This document shows positions 1-10,038 of a stretch of DNA of 32,774 nucleotides, piece after piece. Each line of letters starts with the position of its first letter. Position 1 is the stretch's first letter. This DNA comes from Candidatus Doudnabacteria bacterium (lineage in GTDB: Bacteria > Patescibacteriota > Doudnabacteria > UBA920). The stretch is from contig CAIWKW010000060.1 of NCBI GenBank assembly GCA_903913365.1, positions 1 to 32,774 on the forward strand, given 5' to 3'. Both the position numbers and the translations under genes were made by a program. Under the pieces are notes generated by a model. It searched no databases. It saw only the letters and a program-made list of their open reading frames with translations, and had not been told where the DNA came from.

Positions 1-501
1 GCCAAAAATTATTTCCAAAATTCTGCTGGCGTTCAATTTTTTCTGTTCTTCTTCTGAGGCCAAAAGTTTCAGCAAAGCCCCGTAATCTTCCTCTTTGGTC
101 ACTCTAATAATTTCGTCCTGGGCTATTTTTGGCCTTAAAACTTTGCTGTAAAATTTTAGGGTTTGATTCAAACTGCGCTTGGAAATAAAATACAGGCTAA
201 TTTTATTTTTTTTGGAAAGCTCTTTCAGTTTTTCAAGCAATAAAGGATGGCTGGGATTGGTGGTGGCAATCCTTAAATCGTTCAGTTCTTTATAAAAAGG
301 TACGGCACCCATTTCCTTGGCTTCCTGTTCGGAAAACATACCTAAAACGCTTAAGTCCACGGGAAAATTATGTAAATCAATATAAGGCAAGCCCAAAGAC
401 CCGGCCTGAGTCTGGGTTTCTTCTTCTTGCATTTTACGATTTAAATCATCCAAGCTTTCCTGAAGTTCCTGGGGGGTGCTGGATAAAAATTTGTTGGACA
501 T
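1..501 (-). CDS. GspE/PilB-family secretion / type IV pilus assembly ATPase, N-terminal part only (gene runs off the window start)
   Basis: Absent from the ORF track because there is no stop in the window. My reverse-strand translation from the ATG at 501..499 is open for 167 codons down to position 1: MSNKFLSSTPQELQESLDDLNRKMQEEETQTQAGSLGLPYIDLHNFPVDLSVLGMFSEQEAKEMGAVPFYKELNDLRIATTNP...ASRILEIIFG. This is typical of the GspE/PilB N-terminal domain. Confidence 0.65.
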   Translation of the reverse strand, partial: MSNKFLSSTPQELQESLDDLNRKMQEEETQTQAGSLGLPYIDLHNFPVDLSVLGMFSEQEAKEMGAVPFYKELNDLRIATTNPSHPLLLEKLKELSKKNKISLYFISKRSLNQTLKFYSKVLRPKIAQDEIIRVTKEEDYGALLKLLASEEEQKKLNASRILEIIFG

Positions 502-642
502 TTTGTTTCCTTTCAAGCTAAAAAATATTAATTGAGCTTGAAGTTAGGCTATTTTTTTGTTAACTATCTTATTAATATTATATCACAAGAAAAAAAACCA
601 TCCTATAAAATGCGGCTGGCCTTAGCTATTGCTACAGGGCTA

Positions 643-1803
643 TTAATTATTGTTAAAAAAAGTTTTTATGGCCGCTAAAAAATGCTCTTCCTGATGTTCA
701 ACAGAGGACCCGGAAAATTTCTCTTCATAAACCCGGTAATTGCCCAAAATTAAACCTAACGGCTTGGCCTGACCGCCTAAAAGCTGTAACAGTTTTTCCG
801 AAGCAACCTGCTCATGAACTGCAAAAAGCAAATTAACTTCTCCTTTTACCGGTTCGGATACCAACCCCAATATTTTATAGCCGCTCAAATTCTCGGCAAA
901 TTCTTTTAAGGTAGAAAAAATCTCCTTTTCATCGCTTCCCGATTTCTCAAAATCCGTTGCCGACAAGACCGAATAAATAATTTTCTCGTCTTCCAGAATC
1001 TTCATTTTTGCCAAGGCCCTGCCCCAAAGCTTAAGCAAAGACAAAGGCTTGGTTTTATAAATATGCTTAATAATTTCCTGTTGCCTGCCGCCAAGAGAAA
1101 CCAAATCGCTGGCTTTCATAAAAGAACGGGGCGTGGTTTGTACGTGCTGAAAACTTTGTGTTTTTGTGATAATACCGGTTAAAAGACAGGTGGCGATATC
1201 TTCGTCTATTAGTTGAATCTCGTAAGCCTGAAACAGTTCCGCCAAAATTTCAGCCACCGATGTGGCAACAATGTCAACCAAATTTATAACACCAAAATAT
1301 TCGTTATCTGCTTTATTATCAATGTTAATTTTTGGGGTTTCAAAAAACAAATCCGGATGCTTTTCTTGAATTATCCCAAAATCTTCCAGCGATTTTGCCC
1401 CGAGTGTTATAATTAAATCCACCGGATATTTTTCTTGAGAAAAACTTAAATCGGACGGAATAAATTCCTGATTTTTTGATTTTATGTAAATATGAACTTT
1501 TTCTTCGGCTGTCTGATAGCTGATTTCCTCAACTTTTTTTACAGATGAATCCACGGTAATAACCAAAGTTTTACCGCCATCCAGTTTATTCTTTATTAGT
1601 TTGGCGCCTGGCAAAAATTTTAAATTTTCATTAACAACCCCGCCGCTTATGACATCGGCCTCTTTTTGCAATTTTTTCAAAAATAACGCCAAAGCTAAAC
1701 CGCTGGCCACACTGTCCGCTGTTAGGCTCTCGGGCAATAAAATTAAAATTTTACCGCTCTTTTTTATTAAATCAAAAGTTTGCTGCTGAACAGTTTGCTC
1801 CAT
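643..1803 (-). CDS. DHH/DHHA1-like (NrnA-like) protein with apparently degenerate catalytic motifs
   Basis: 386-aa ORF. The N-terminus (KILILLPESLTADSVASGLALALFLKKL) parallels the NrnA motif region HxxPDGDxxGS but lacks the Asp/His residues. I saw no clear DHH or GGGH motif. Confidence 0.45.
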   Translation of the reverse strand: MEQTVQQQTFDLIKKSGKILILLPESLTADSVASGLALALFLKKLQKEADVISGGVVNENLKFLPGAKLIKNKLDGGKTLVITVDSSVKKVEEISYQTAEEKVHIYIKSKNQEFIPSDLSFSQEKYPVDLIITLGAKSLEDFGIIQEKHPDLFFETPKINIDNKADNEYFGVINLVDIVATSVAEILAELFQAYEIQLIDEDIATCLLTGIITKTQSFQHVQTTPRSFMKASDLVSLGGRQQEIIKHIYKTKPLSLLKLWGRALAKMKILEDEKIIYSVLSATDFEKSGSDEKEIFSTLKEFAENLSGYKILGLVSEPVKGEVNLLFAVHEQVASEKLLQLLGGQAKPLGLILGNYRVYEEKFSGSSVEHQEEHFLAAIKTFFNNN

Positions 1804-2013
1804 AATCCTTTAAAATACTGGTTAACTCTCCCTGTTTTAGCTTATCTTTTTTATCTAAATCAACCGATTGATTAACCATTATATCCAATTTTACTTAAAG
1901 CGTCAATCCAGGTAAAATACATCTATACAGCCCAAAGTTAATGGCCGCAAACCCGTGCGGAAAATCCTATTTTTTTATAAACCTTTCCGGTTTTTTTGTG
2001 AGCCCAATACCCC

Positions 2014-2415
2014 ATGGACAGACCTCAAATTATTCCACTAAACGAGATTCCAAAAGCCAGCCGAGAAATTGCCCAAAAACTTAAGGGTGGAGAAATTTTG
2101 GCTTTGGTCGGTCCTTTAGGCAGCGGCAAAACCACTTTTACCAAAACCTTGGGGAAAATTTTAAAAATCCGGCAAAAAATCACCAGTCCAACTTTTGCTT
2201 TAATGCATAATTTTTCCGGCCAACTGAAATCCGGAAAAAAAATTCAAATTTACCATTTGGATTTATACCGAATGAAAAATTTTAAAGAAGCTAAGGCGCT
2301 GGGAATTGAGGAATTTTGGGGGAAACCCGACACCCTGACAATTATTGAATGGGCCGATAAGATAAAAAAAAATCTGCCAAAAAAAGTTAAATTAATAAAC
2401 TTTTTCTTACGGTGA
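2014..2415 (+). CDS. tsaE: tRNA threonylcarbamoyladenosine (t6A) biosynthesis ATPase TsaE
   Basis: 133 aa with P-loop GPLGSGKTTFTK, SPTFAL and HLDLYR motifs, characteristic of TsaE/YjeE. Confidence 0.85.
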   Translation: MDRPQIIPLNEIPKASREIAQKLKGGEILALVGPLGSGKTTFTKTLGKILKIRQKITSPTFALMHNFSGQLKSGKKIQIYHLDLYRMKNFKEAKALGIEEFWGKPDTLTIIEWADKIKKNLPKKVKLINFFLR

Positions 2416-3653
2416 ATAAAAAACCTTTAAAAAAATACTTAATTCTTTTGGTTGTTCTTTTTGGTCTTTTTTCCGGAAATAAAACCAAAGCCCAACAAAA
2501 TACTGCCGCTGCCGGCAATGCCGGCGGTTTTGTGTTTACTTACAAAAATCAAAATTTTTCCGTTGACCAAGCCGGCATAGACTCATGGAAAAGTTCGCAG
2601 GAAATTAACAGTCCGTTAATTTTTTTGAAACTTCCACTGGGTCCATTAGGTCTAATAGCCAACTCAACAGGAAAAAATTTGCCCGAAAAAAGCAACAGCA
2701 AAATATTTTATTTCAATTTAAATAAAATCTACACTTTTATAAAACAGCTCTCTCCTAAAATTAACGTTCCTTCCGTTGAGCCGGTTTTGAAAATTCAGGA
2801 CAATCGGGCAACTTCGTTCACCCCTCCTCAAACCGGCCTGGAAATTAATATTTACTCCAGCACCCTGGCAGCGGAATCCGTTTTGGAAAATGGGGGTAAT
2901 AATTTGGAACTAAAAATTTCCGAATCGCCGCCAAAAACTTCTTTAAGCGAATTAAACGGCCTGGGAATAAACGAACTGGTGGGTGAAGGCGTTTCCGCCT
3001 TTAAAGGAAGCCCGAACAACAGGAGACATAACATTGCCGTGGGCTTGGAAAAGTTTAAAGGTATAATTATTCCGCCAAATGAGGAATTCAGCTTTAATCA
3101 ATACCTGGGGCCGGTAACGGCTGAGGTCGGTTTTTTGCCCGAGCTTGTTATTAAAGGGAGCGAGGGCACTATCCCCGAGCTGGGCGGAGGGCTATGCCAG
3201 GTTTCCACCACTGTTTTTCGCGCAGCAATGTCTGCCGGATTTCCAATTACCGACAGGCGCAACCATGCTTATGCGGTTCAATACTATTCCCCGCAAGGAA
3301 CCGATGCAACCATTTATCCCGGCTCGGCAGATTTAAAATTTATAAACGACACACCGGCATCAATTCTTGTTTGGGCCTACGAGAAAGACCCTAATACTTT
3401 AATTTTTGATTTTTACGGCACAAAAGACGGGCGCCAAGTAACTTTAGAAAAACCCATTGTCTACGACAAACAAGCCGACGGCTCAATGAAAGCAACTTGG
3501 ACCAGAATAATATTAAAAAACGGGGAAACTTCTACCAGCACTTTTAAATCGGTTTATCAACCGCCTGCTCTATTTCATAAAACCGAAAATTTTGTTTCTT
3601 CAACGGGTACCATTGTCAGCAGTTTAAAACCCCCTGCTGTTAAAGCCCAGTAA
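2412..3653 (+). CDS. VanW-family protein with N-terminal signal/TM segment
   Basis: 413 aa. GTG start overlaps the tsaE stop (GTGA). The C-terminal region GGGLCQVSTTVFRAAMSAGFPITDRRNHAYAVQYY is the VanW domain signature. Hydrophobic N-terminus LILLVVLFGLFSG. Confidence 0.8.
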   Translation: MNKKPLKKYLILLVVLFGLFSGNKTKAQQNTAAAGNAGGFVFTYKNQNFSVDQAGIDSWKSSQEINSPLIFLKLPLGPLGLIANSTGKNLPEKSNSKIFYFNLNKIYTFIKQLSPKINVPSVEPVLKIQDNRATSFTPPQTGLEINIYSSTLAAESVLENGGNNLELKISESPPKTSLSELNGLGINELVGEGVSAFKGSPNNRRHNIAVGLEKFKGIIIPPNEEFSFNQYLGPVTAEVGFLPELVIKGSEGTIPELGGGLCQVSTTVFRAAMSAGFPITDRRNHAYAVQYYSPQGTDATIYPGSADLKFINDTPASILVWAYEKDPNTLIFDFYGTKDGRQVTLEKPIVYDKQADGSMKATWTRIILKNGETSTSTFKSVYQPPALFHKTENFVSSTGTIVSSLKPPAVKAQ

Positions 3654-3792
3654 TGCTTAAGTCGGTTGGCCTGCGGACCCAAAATATAGTAAACTATGTT
3701 TAAGAAATATTCTTTTACCGGTCCCACCAAAGAATCAAGTGCGCACCCCGCAATTTAAAACATCATTGTAATCGACTTGTGCTTTAACTTAT

Positions 3793-4833
3793 ATGATTCA
3801 ATCTAATACAGACGAAAAACCGAACAACAACCCCGCAGAGTTAGAGGAAGAAGAAATTGTCATAGAACAAACCTTAAGACCTCAAGGGCTGGATGAATAT
3901 GTTGGCCAAACCGGGGTAAAAAACAATTTAAAAATAATAATACAAGCGGCAAAAAAACGCGAAGAAATTCTTGAGCATTTATTGTTTTATGGTCCTCCTG
4001 GTTTGGGAAAAACCACCCTGGCGTTTATTGTGGCCAAAGAGATGGGGAAAAACATTAAAGTTACTTCCGGACCGGCCATTGAAAGAGCCGGGGACTTAGC
4101 CTCGCTCTTAACCAACCTCAGCGAGGGAGACGTATTATTTATAGATGAAATTCACAGGCTGAACAAAGCCGTGGAAGAAGTTTTGTACCCGGCCATGGAA
4201 GACTATGTTTTGGATATTATTTTGGGTAAGGGCCCGGGCGCACGCAGCATTAGAATGGAGTTGCCAAAATTTACTCTAATTGGGGCCACAACCCGCATTG
4301 GACTAATCTCTTCGCCTCTTCGAGACAGATTTGGAGCGACCTATCGCTTGGAGTATTACCCCAAAGAGGATTTAGAAAAAATTATTTTTAGAAGCGGACA
4401 GATTTTAGGCGCTGAAATAAACCAACCGGCCGCCGAAGAAATGTCCGGACGCAGCCGTTTTACCCCCAGAATAGCCAATCGGCTCCTTAAAAGAGTCAGA
4501 GATTTTGCCCAAGTCCAAGGCCATGATACAATTAATTTAGACATAACAAAACAGGCTCTGGATTTACTTGAAATCGACAATCTGGGATTGGATAAAAATG
4601 ACCGCAGAATTCTGGAAACCCTTATCAATAAATTTTCCGGCGGACCTGTTGGCTTAAATACCCTGGCCGCCGCCACCGGCGAAGAAGAAGACACCATTAC
4701 CGATATCCATGAACCCTTTTTAATTAGACTTGGCCTAATCGCCAAAACCCCAAAAGGACGAGTTGCCACAGAAGCAGCCTATAAGCACCTAAATATTCTT
4801 GAGCCTGCCAGCAGGCAAAAAACATTGTTATAG
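3793..4833 (+). CDS. ruvB: Holliday junction branch migration ATPase RuvB
   Basis: 346 aa with Walker [12 protein letters not shown], Walker [11 protein letters not shown] and the conserved LRPQ.LDEYVGQ N-terminus. Confidence 0.95.
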   Translation: MIQSNTDEKPNNNPAELEEEEIVIEQTLRPQGLDEYVGQTGVKNNLKIIIQAAKKREEILEHLLFYGPPGLGKTTLAFIVAKEMGKNIKVTSGPAIERAGDLASLLTNLSEGDVLFIDEIHRLNKAVEEVLYPAMEDYVLDIILGKGPGARSIRMELPKFTLIGATTRIGLISSPLRDRFGATYRLEYYPKEDLEKIIFRSGQILGAEINQPAAEEMSGRSRFTPRIANRLLKRVRDFAQVQGHDTINLDITKQALDLLEIDNLGLDKNDRRILETLINKFSGGPVGLNTLAAATGEEEDTITDIHEPFLIRLGLIAKTPKGRVATEAAYKHLNILEPASRQKTLL

Positions 4834-4933
4834 TAAATGAGCAAAAATGACAAAAACGACGGAAATTAAAAAAATTATGGACCCAACATTTTTGTCACTT
4901 TTGTCATTTCTTTAATTTTTGTCATTTCTTTTT

Positions 4934-5146
4934 ATGAATCTCTCCAACCCCACCAACCTACTAATTGCCGGAGTCTATTATGTTTTAACCGGAATTTTAA
5001 CTTTCTTTTCGGCTTTTGGCATATATATATTAATTCGCTACGGTAAATCAACCCCGCTGGCCTTTACAGTTTCGGTTATTTATGGATTTTTGTTTTTGAC
5101 AATCTTGGCACAAAGCTACAACACCCTAAACAGTCTCTTGGCCTAA
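4934..5146 (+). CDS. Small hydrophobic membrane protein (two predicted TM helices), unknown function
   Basis: The ORF track starts at TTG 4919. The ATG at 4934 (MNLSNPTNLLIAGVYYVLTGILTFF...) is the more plausible start. Both the call and the start are uncertain. Confidence 0.4.
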   Translation: MNLSNPTNLLIAGVYYVLTGILTFFSAFGIYILIRYGKSTPLAFTVSVIYGFLFLTILAQSYNTLNSLLA

Positions 5147-5152
5147 TAATTT

Positions 5153-5698
5153 ATGCATAAACTTTTTCCCAGTCAATTAGCGGACGAACAAATTTACCTT
5201 ATCATTAGAGAGGATTGGGTTTATTTATTTTTAAAAGTTTTGGTCTGGATATTTTTTGCTTCAGCCCTGGTTATGTTTAACCGGTTTGCCAATGCCAATC
5301 TTCCTGATTTATTTGTAGGCACTTGGGGGCAAATTACTTCTCTTTTTTCCCAGGTTTATACGCTATTTTTAACCTTAAGCCTATTCTTAATTTTCGTTTT
5401 TCATTACTTGAGCATCCAGATAATCACCGGCATTAGAATTGTTGACATAAAACAAGAAGGCCTTTTTTCTCACACAATTTCCGAACTACACATAGACAAA
5501 ATAGAAGACGTTACCAGTGAAACCAACGGACTGCTGGGAAATATTTTCGGCTACGGCAATGTTTTTGTTCAAACCGCGGGGACCGTAGAGCGCTTTGAGT
5601 TCATCAACATCCCCGATCCGGCCGGAGTGGAAAAACTGATTTTGGATCTTTACGAAAAAAATTCCAATTTTGCAAAAGATGCGGAAAACAACTCCTAA
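5153..5698 (+). CDS. Membrane protein, possible bacterial PH-like (YdbS/YdbT-type) domain
   Basis: 181 aa with two hydrophobic helices followed by a soluble beta-rich C-terminus. The family assignment is only by resemblance. Confidence 0.35.
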   Translation: MHKLFPSQLADEQIYLIIREDWVYLFLKVLVWIFFASALVMFNRFANANLPDLFVGTWGQITSLFSQVYTLFLTLSLFLIFVFHYLSIQIITGIRIVDIKQEGLFSHTISELHIDKIEDVTSETNGLLGNIFGYGNVFVQTAGTVERFEFINIPDPAGVEKLILDLYEKNSNFAKDAENNS

Positions 5699-5795
5699 TA
5701 TCAATTAATCTCAAACAATATCTAATAATATCTTATTATCTTTTTATACAAAATGATACTTATGGATACTAATAGATATTTATGGATACTAAAAA

Positions 5796-6872
5796 ATGTA
5801 CGCTTTAATTGTTGCCGGAGGCAGCGGCACGCGTCTTTGGCCGGTTAGCCGGAAAAAAAACCCAAAACAACTGCTTAAATTTGTCGGCGATAAAACATTA
5901 CTCGAGCTGACTTTTCGCAGACTTCAAAAGAAATTTCCTGCCCGGAATATTTTTGTTGCCACCACAACCAAGTACGCTAAGCTGGTACAAAAGCAATTGC
6001 CCAAGGTTCCAAAAAACCATTTTTCCCTGGAACCGGAAATAAAGGACCGAGGGCCGGCCATTGCTTTGGCGGCTCTAATAATGCATCACCACAACCCTGA
6101 CTCAAGCTTTATAACCGCCTGGTCGGACCATTACATAAAAGACGAATCCGCCTATTTTCAGATTTTAAAAGATGCTGAAAACTATTTAAAACTCGACCCG
6201 GGAATTTTTTTAACAATTGGCGCGCAGCCGACCTCGGCCCACACAGGCCTTGGTTATATTGAAAAAGGTAAACTGATTAAAAATTCCCAGGGAACGGATA
6301 TTTATAAAGTAAAGAGATTTAAAGAAAAACCGGATAAAAAAACCGCGGAACGGTTTATAAAAAGCGGAAAATTTTTATGGAACACCGGATACTTTATCTG
6401 CAAATCCGCCACGCTTCTGGAATTATACAAAAAACACTTACCAGAGGTTTATAACCTGCTCCTAAAAATAAAACCTTTTATCGGTACCGGCAAGCAGCAG
6501 GAGAAGATAAATCAATTTTATACCCTAATGCCCAAGGTTGATATTGAACGGGGCTTAATCGAAAAACTGAGCAATGTGGGGGTGTTGCCTGCCACGTTCG
6601 GCTGGGCGGATATTGGCAGCTGGAAAGTTATTAAAGATGTCCTGTCCGAAGAAAATGAGAACCTGACCAAAGGTAATGTGGTAAGTCACAATACCAGCCG
6701 CAGCTTAATATACAACCATGAAAAAAAACTGGTTACGGTTGTAGGCTTGGAAGACTTAATAGTGGTAAACACCAAAGACGCCCTGCTAATAGCCAGCAAG
6801 CAAAACAGCGAACAAGTAAAAGAACTGGTGGAAAAAATGAAACAGGATAAAAAGCTTCTGAAATATTTATAG
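5796..6872 (+). CDS. Mannose-1-phosphate guanylyltransferase (NTP_transferase family)
   Basis: 358 aa. N-terminal ALIVAGGSGTRLWPVSR nucleotide-binding motif and GYFICK/WNTGYF region typical of ManC/CpsB-type enzymes. Confidence 0.85.
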   Translation: MYALIVAGGSGTRLWPVSRKKNPKQLLKFVGDKTLLELTFRRLQKKFPARNIFVATTTKYAKLVQKQLPKVPKNHFSLEPEIKDRGPAIALAALIMHHHNPDSSFITAWSDHYIKDESAYFQILKDAENYLKLDPGIFLTIGAQPTSAHTGLGYIEKGKLIKNSQGTDIYKVKRFKEKPDKKTAERFIKSGKFLWNTGYFICKSATLLELYKKHLPEVYNLLLKIKPFIGTGKQQEKINQFYTLMPKVDIERGLIEKLSNVGVLPATFGWADIGSWKVIKDVLSEENENLTKGNVVSHNTSRSLIYNHEKKLVTVVGLEDLIVVNTKDALLIASKQNSEQVKELVEKMKQDKKLLKYL

Positions 6873-6887
6873 CCAAATTTTTAAAAT

Positions 6888-6910
6888 CCCCCGCTAAGCG
6901 GGGGTTTTTT
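6888..6910 (+). terminator. Rho-independent terminator after the guanylyltransferase gene
   Basis: cccccgc-taa-gcggggg stem-loop (6888-6904) followed by T6 (6905-6910). Confidence 0.8.
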
Positions 6911-7002
6911 GAAGTTTAAAATACAAGTCCGGACAGTTTAACCCGGGTAAGTTGGGAAAATAATATTAATTCAGAACCTTAAGGTTCAGGGAACAAAAAA
7001 TT

Positions 7003-7728
7003 TTATCTTATTTCTTTCCACTCATCATCGGCTGAATGGTTAAAAATGACCAGGGAAAGCCAGTTCTTTGACCACTGCCACAAAAGCTTTGGCCAGCCTA
7101 TGGCATGGGGCCTGCGGCCCGTATGGTAAACCAAAAGTCTTGGATCGGTTTTAGTATGGCCAACTTTTATCAAACGCCTAAATAAATCCTGGTCTTCGTC
7201 CACAGCAAGATCTTCCCGATAACCTTTTATCTTTTTAAAGACCGAGGTTTTTATCATGCCAAACTCTCCGCAACCCGCTCCGGTTTTAAAAATATTGTTA
7301 TGTAAACTAAATGACCAGTTGGAAAGTATACCGTAGCCGATTTTATCGCCTATTGTTTCCATTTCAGGAAAAACTTTTAACCAGCCACCCACGGCGACCA
7401 GTTGGTCATCGGTTCTAAAATGGTTCATCGCTCTTTCAAAAAATTTATCAATATTAAAAATATAAACATCCGCGTCCAAAAACACCAAAAACTCACCCGT
7501 TGCCACAGCAGCTCCGGCATTGCGCCCCTGGCCTATGGTTTGCCTAACCGGCACCAAATGCTCTACCACCTTATCCGCAAGCCCCCTTGCCAAACTTACT
7601 GTTTTGTCTTTGCTCCCGCCGTCGGAAACAATAATCTCATACTCAAAATTCTTTATTTCTTTCAGGTTGCCAAGCACCTTGGTAATTACCTTTTCTTCAT
7701 TGAGCGTAGGAATAATAAATGAAATCAT
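7003..7728 (-). CDS. Family 2 glycosyltransferase
   Basis: 241 aa with ISFIIPTLNEE N-terminus, SDGGSKD and FLDAD (DxD) motifs. Confidence 0.85.
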   Translation of the reverse strand: MISFIIPTLNEEKVITKVLGNLKEIKNFEYEIIVSDGGSKDKTVSLARGLADKVVEHLVPVRQTIGQGRNAGAAVATGEFLVFLDADVYIFNIDKFFERAMNHFRTDDQLVAVGGWLKVFPEMETIGDKIGYGILSNWSFSLHNNIFKTGAGCGEFGMIKTSVFKKIKGYREDLAVDEDQDLFRRLIKVGHTKTDPRLLVYHTGRRPHAIGWPKLLWQWSKNWLSLVIFNHSADDEWKEIR

Positions 7729-7811
7729 AAATATTTGTTATCTATATAAATGAGCCGGACCACATTTGACCTTTAGCACGGCCCCCGGGAGTTCCTCAAA
7801 AAAGCAAACCC

Positions 7812-8417
7812 TTACAAATCTCTCTTCAAAAACTGGCCCTTAAAATAGCGCCCGGCTCCGTAAAGTGCAAGAATAACAATTATAGTTAAACACGCAACGA
7901 AAGCTATTTTAAAACCTTTACCGATTAAAGTATAAACTTGGCCAAAAAAATAGCCCAAAAGCAATAATAATCCAGTCCAAACAAACCCTCCCAAAAAATT
8001 AAACAGAGCGTATTTTTTAAAAGATACCCTGACCATGCCGGCAGCAATTAAGGTTGCCAAGGCAAAACCAAACCCCATGGTAATTTTAGAAATAAATAAA
8101 ATTTTTGTCTGATGTTTTTTAAAAAACTTTTCAATTTTTTCTAACAACTCAGGCGTTATACTGAGATACTTACCCCAGCGCAACGCAAAAGGACGACCGC
8201 CATAAAAACCCACGGCATACCAACCCAAATCCGCCACAAAATCACCCAACATTAATGTTAAATAAATAGGCCAAAAATAAAAAAGACCCAGCCTTAATAA
8301 AGCCCCGCTGGCCACCATAACCATCGGGCCTTCAATAATTGCCAGAAAAAAAGTCAGCACATACCGGTAATAAGAAAGACCGGAAAGAAAATTTTGAACA
8401 ATTGCCACAATGGGCAT
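7812..8417 (-). CDS. DedA/VTT-domain membrane protein
   Basis: 201 aa, polytopic. The GDFVADLGWY and FISKITMGFG regions resemble the DedA family. Confidence 0.65.
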   Translation of the reverse strand: MPIVAIVQNFLSGLSYYRYVLTFFLAIIEGPMVMVASGALLRLGLFYFWPIYLTLMLGDFVADLGWYAVGFYGGRPFALRWGKYLSITPELLEKIEKFFKKHQTKILFISKITMGFGFALATLIAAGMVRVSFKKYALFNFLGGFVWTGLLLLLGYFFGQVYTLIGKGFKIAFVACLTIIVILALYGAGRYFKGQFLKRDL

Positions 8418-8509
8418 ACGTAATGAGTTACTATTTTACCTGCCTTTGCCAAACCTTATGTTAAAATCACTTGTCTAATTTTACAACCTTTTCCCATATC
8501 TGGCCAATC

Positions 8510-8827
8510 TTACACCTCTGTATAAATGGCAAAAACCACTGCTTTTCCTAAAGCCTGATTCAAAGCGAATATAATCCTTTTCGACAATAGGGTTATTTTT
8601 GAGGCCACCTCACGCGAAAGGCAGGCAATTTTTAATACGCCATTTTTGAAATCCAGCACCTGAGTCAGCTCTTTTACACCGTCTACAAAAGCTTCGGCAA
8701 CCGTATGCCAATGCTTGGCGGTTTTATATTTATAATAGGCTGTTTCCAAATGATACTGCTTGGCGGTTTTATTAATCATTTTATCTATTTTTGCAAAACC
8801 GACATGGCTATTGATTTTTGAATTCAT
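8510..8827 (-). CDS. DUF721 / DciA-like protein
   Basis: 105 aa immediately downstream of recF. Pattern W..VAEAF....ELTQVLDFKNGVLKIACLSREVASKI....KRII.ALN fits DUF721, which commonly follows recF. Confidence 0.6.
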   Translation of the reverse strand: MNSKINSHVGFAKIDKMINKTAKQYHLETAYYKYKTAKHWHTVAEAFVDGVKELTQVLDFKNGVLKIACLSREVASKITLLSKRIIFALNQALGKAVVFAIYTEV

Positions 8828-8841
8828 TTTGTTTCAAAATT

Positions 8842-9948
8842 TTAATTTTCCAATTGTTTTTCCTGCTCCTCTTCCTCAACCACAGCCGGGGTTAGTGTTA
8901 TATGCTGCGCCGGCATCTCCAAAGGATGGGTAGTGGTAATAAACGTTTGAAATTTTCCCTGTAAATATTTCAATAAAAAGGTTCTTCTGGTTTCGTCCAG
9001 TTCCGATAAAACATCGTCTAAAAGCAAGATTGGTTTTTCCTCACCCTTGCTTAAATACTCGAGCTCAAGAATTTTTAATGCCAGCACCTGGCTTCTGAGC
9101 TCTCCTCTTGAAGAAAAAGGCGACAAAAATAAACCATCGCTCTTTAACGAAAAATCATCTCTATGCGGTCCAACCAAACAAGACGCCAGTAATTTTTCTC
9201 TTGATGACAAGGCCAGCAGTTTTTCTCTAAAACTTTGGCTTATTTCGGCAACCGCATCACCGGGCAGGGTTTCATAACTAACTTCCACCGGGCGGTGAAA
9301 ACCGGAAATTGTCGTGTAAACATCGGCAATGCCGGTGTTCAAAAAGTTAACGAAAGTTTTTCTTTCCGCAATTATGAAACTGCCCAAGCTCACAAGCTGC
9401 TCATTCCAAACATCCAAATCAAGCCCGTTATTCCTCCCGGCTTTAATATCCTGAAGTAATTTATTTTTTTGAAAAAGTACTTTTTTATATCTTCCCAAAG
9501 CATCCAAATACTCCGGATTTTTCTGAGAGAGAACCATGTTTAAATATTTTCTCCTGGATTCCGGAGTTTTTGTAAACATATCCACATCAGTTGGATCAAA
9601 TATCACCACACTAATAAAACCTTGCGCCTGCCTTCTTTTGGTTTTAACTCCGTCAATCAAAAAGTTGGCGTAAATTTTTTCCCTTTTTTCCAAAAAAATA
9701 TTGAGGGTGTGGCTTTGACCTTCCTTTTCCAAAACCAGACCGAGCTCCAAAGAGTTGGAGTTTTTTAAAAAAATAAATTCCGTGTCGTCACGAAAAGATT
9801 TAAACAGTGAGGCAAAATAAACCGATTCCAAAAGATTGGTTTTTCCCACAGCGTTTGGCCCGGTCAAAATTATTGTGTCCCCGGTTATATCAATATTTAA
9901 GCTTGGGTAATTGCGAAAATTCTTTATTTGAATATTTTTTATCTTCAT
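8842..9948 (-). CDS. recF: DNA replication/repair protein RecF
   Basis: 368 aa with Walker A GPNAVGKTNLLES, the signature region and Walker B ILLLDDVLSELD. Position downstream of dnaN supports the call. Confidence 0.95.
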   Translation of the reverse strand: MKIKNIQIKNFRNYPSLNIDITGDTIILTGPNAVGKTNLLESVYFASLFKSFRDDTEFIFLKNSNSLELGLVLEKEGQSHTLNIFLEKREKIYANFLIDGVKTKRRQAQGFISVVIFDPTDVDMFTKTPESRRKYLNMVLSQKNPEYLDALGRYKKVLFQKNKLLQDIKAGRNNGLDLDVWNEQLVSLGSFIIAERKTFVNFLNTGIADVYTTISGFHRPVEVSYETLPGDAVAEISQSFREKLLALSSREKLLASCLVGPHRDDFSLKSDGLFLSPFSSRGELRSQVLALKILELEYLSKGEEKPILLLDDVLSELDETRRTFLLKYLQGKFQTFITTTHPLEMPAQHITLTPAVVEEEEQEKQLEN

Positions 9949-10038
9949 TTAAGTAAAAGTTATCTTAAACGCTATTAATAACACTGTGTTAAACGCCGGC
10001 GCTTATACGGCACTATTGCTATAACACCTATTCCACTT

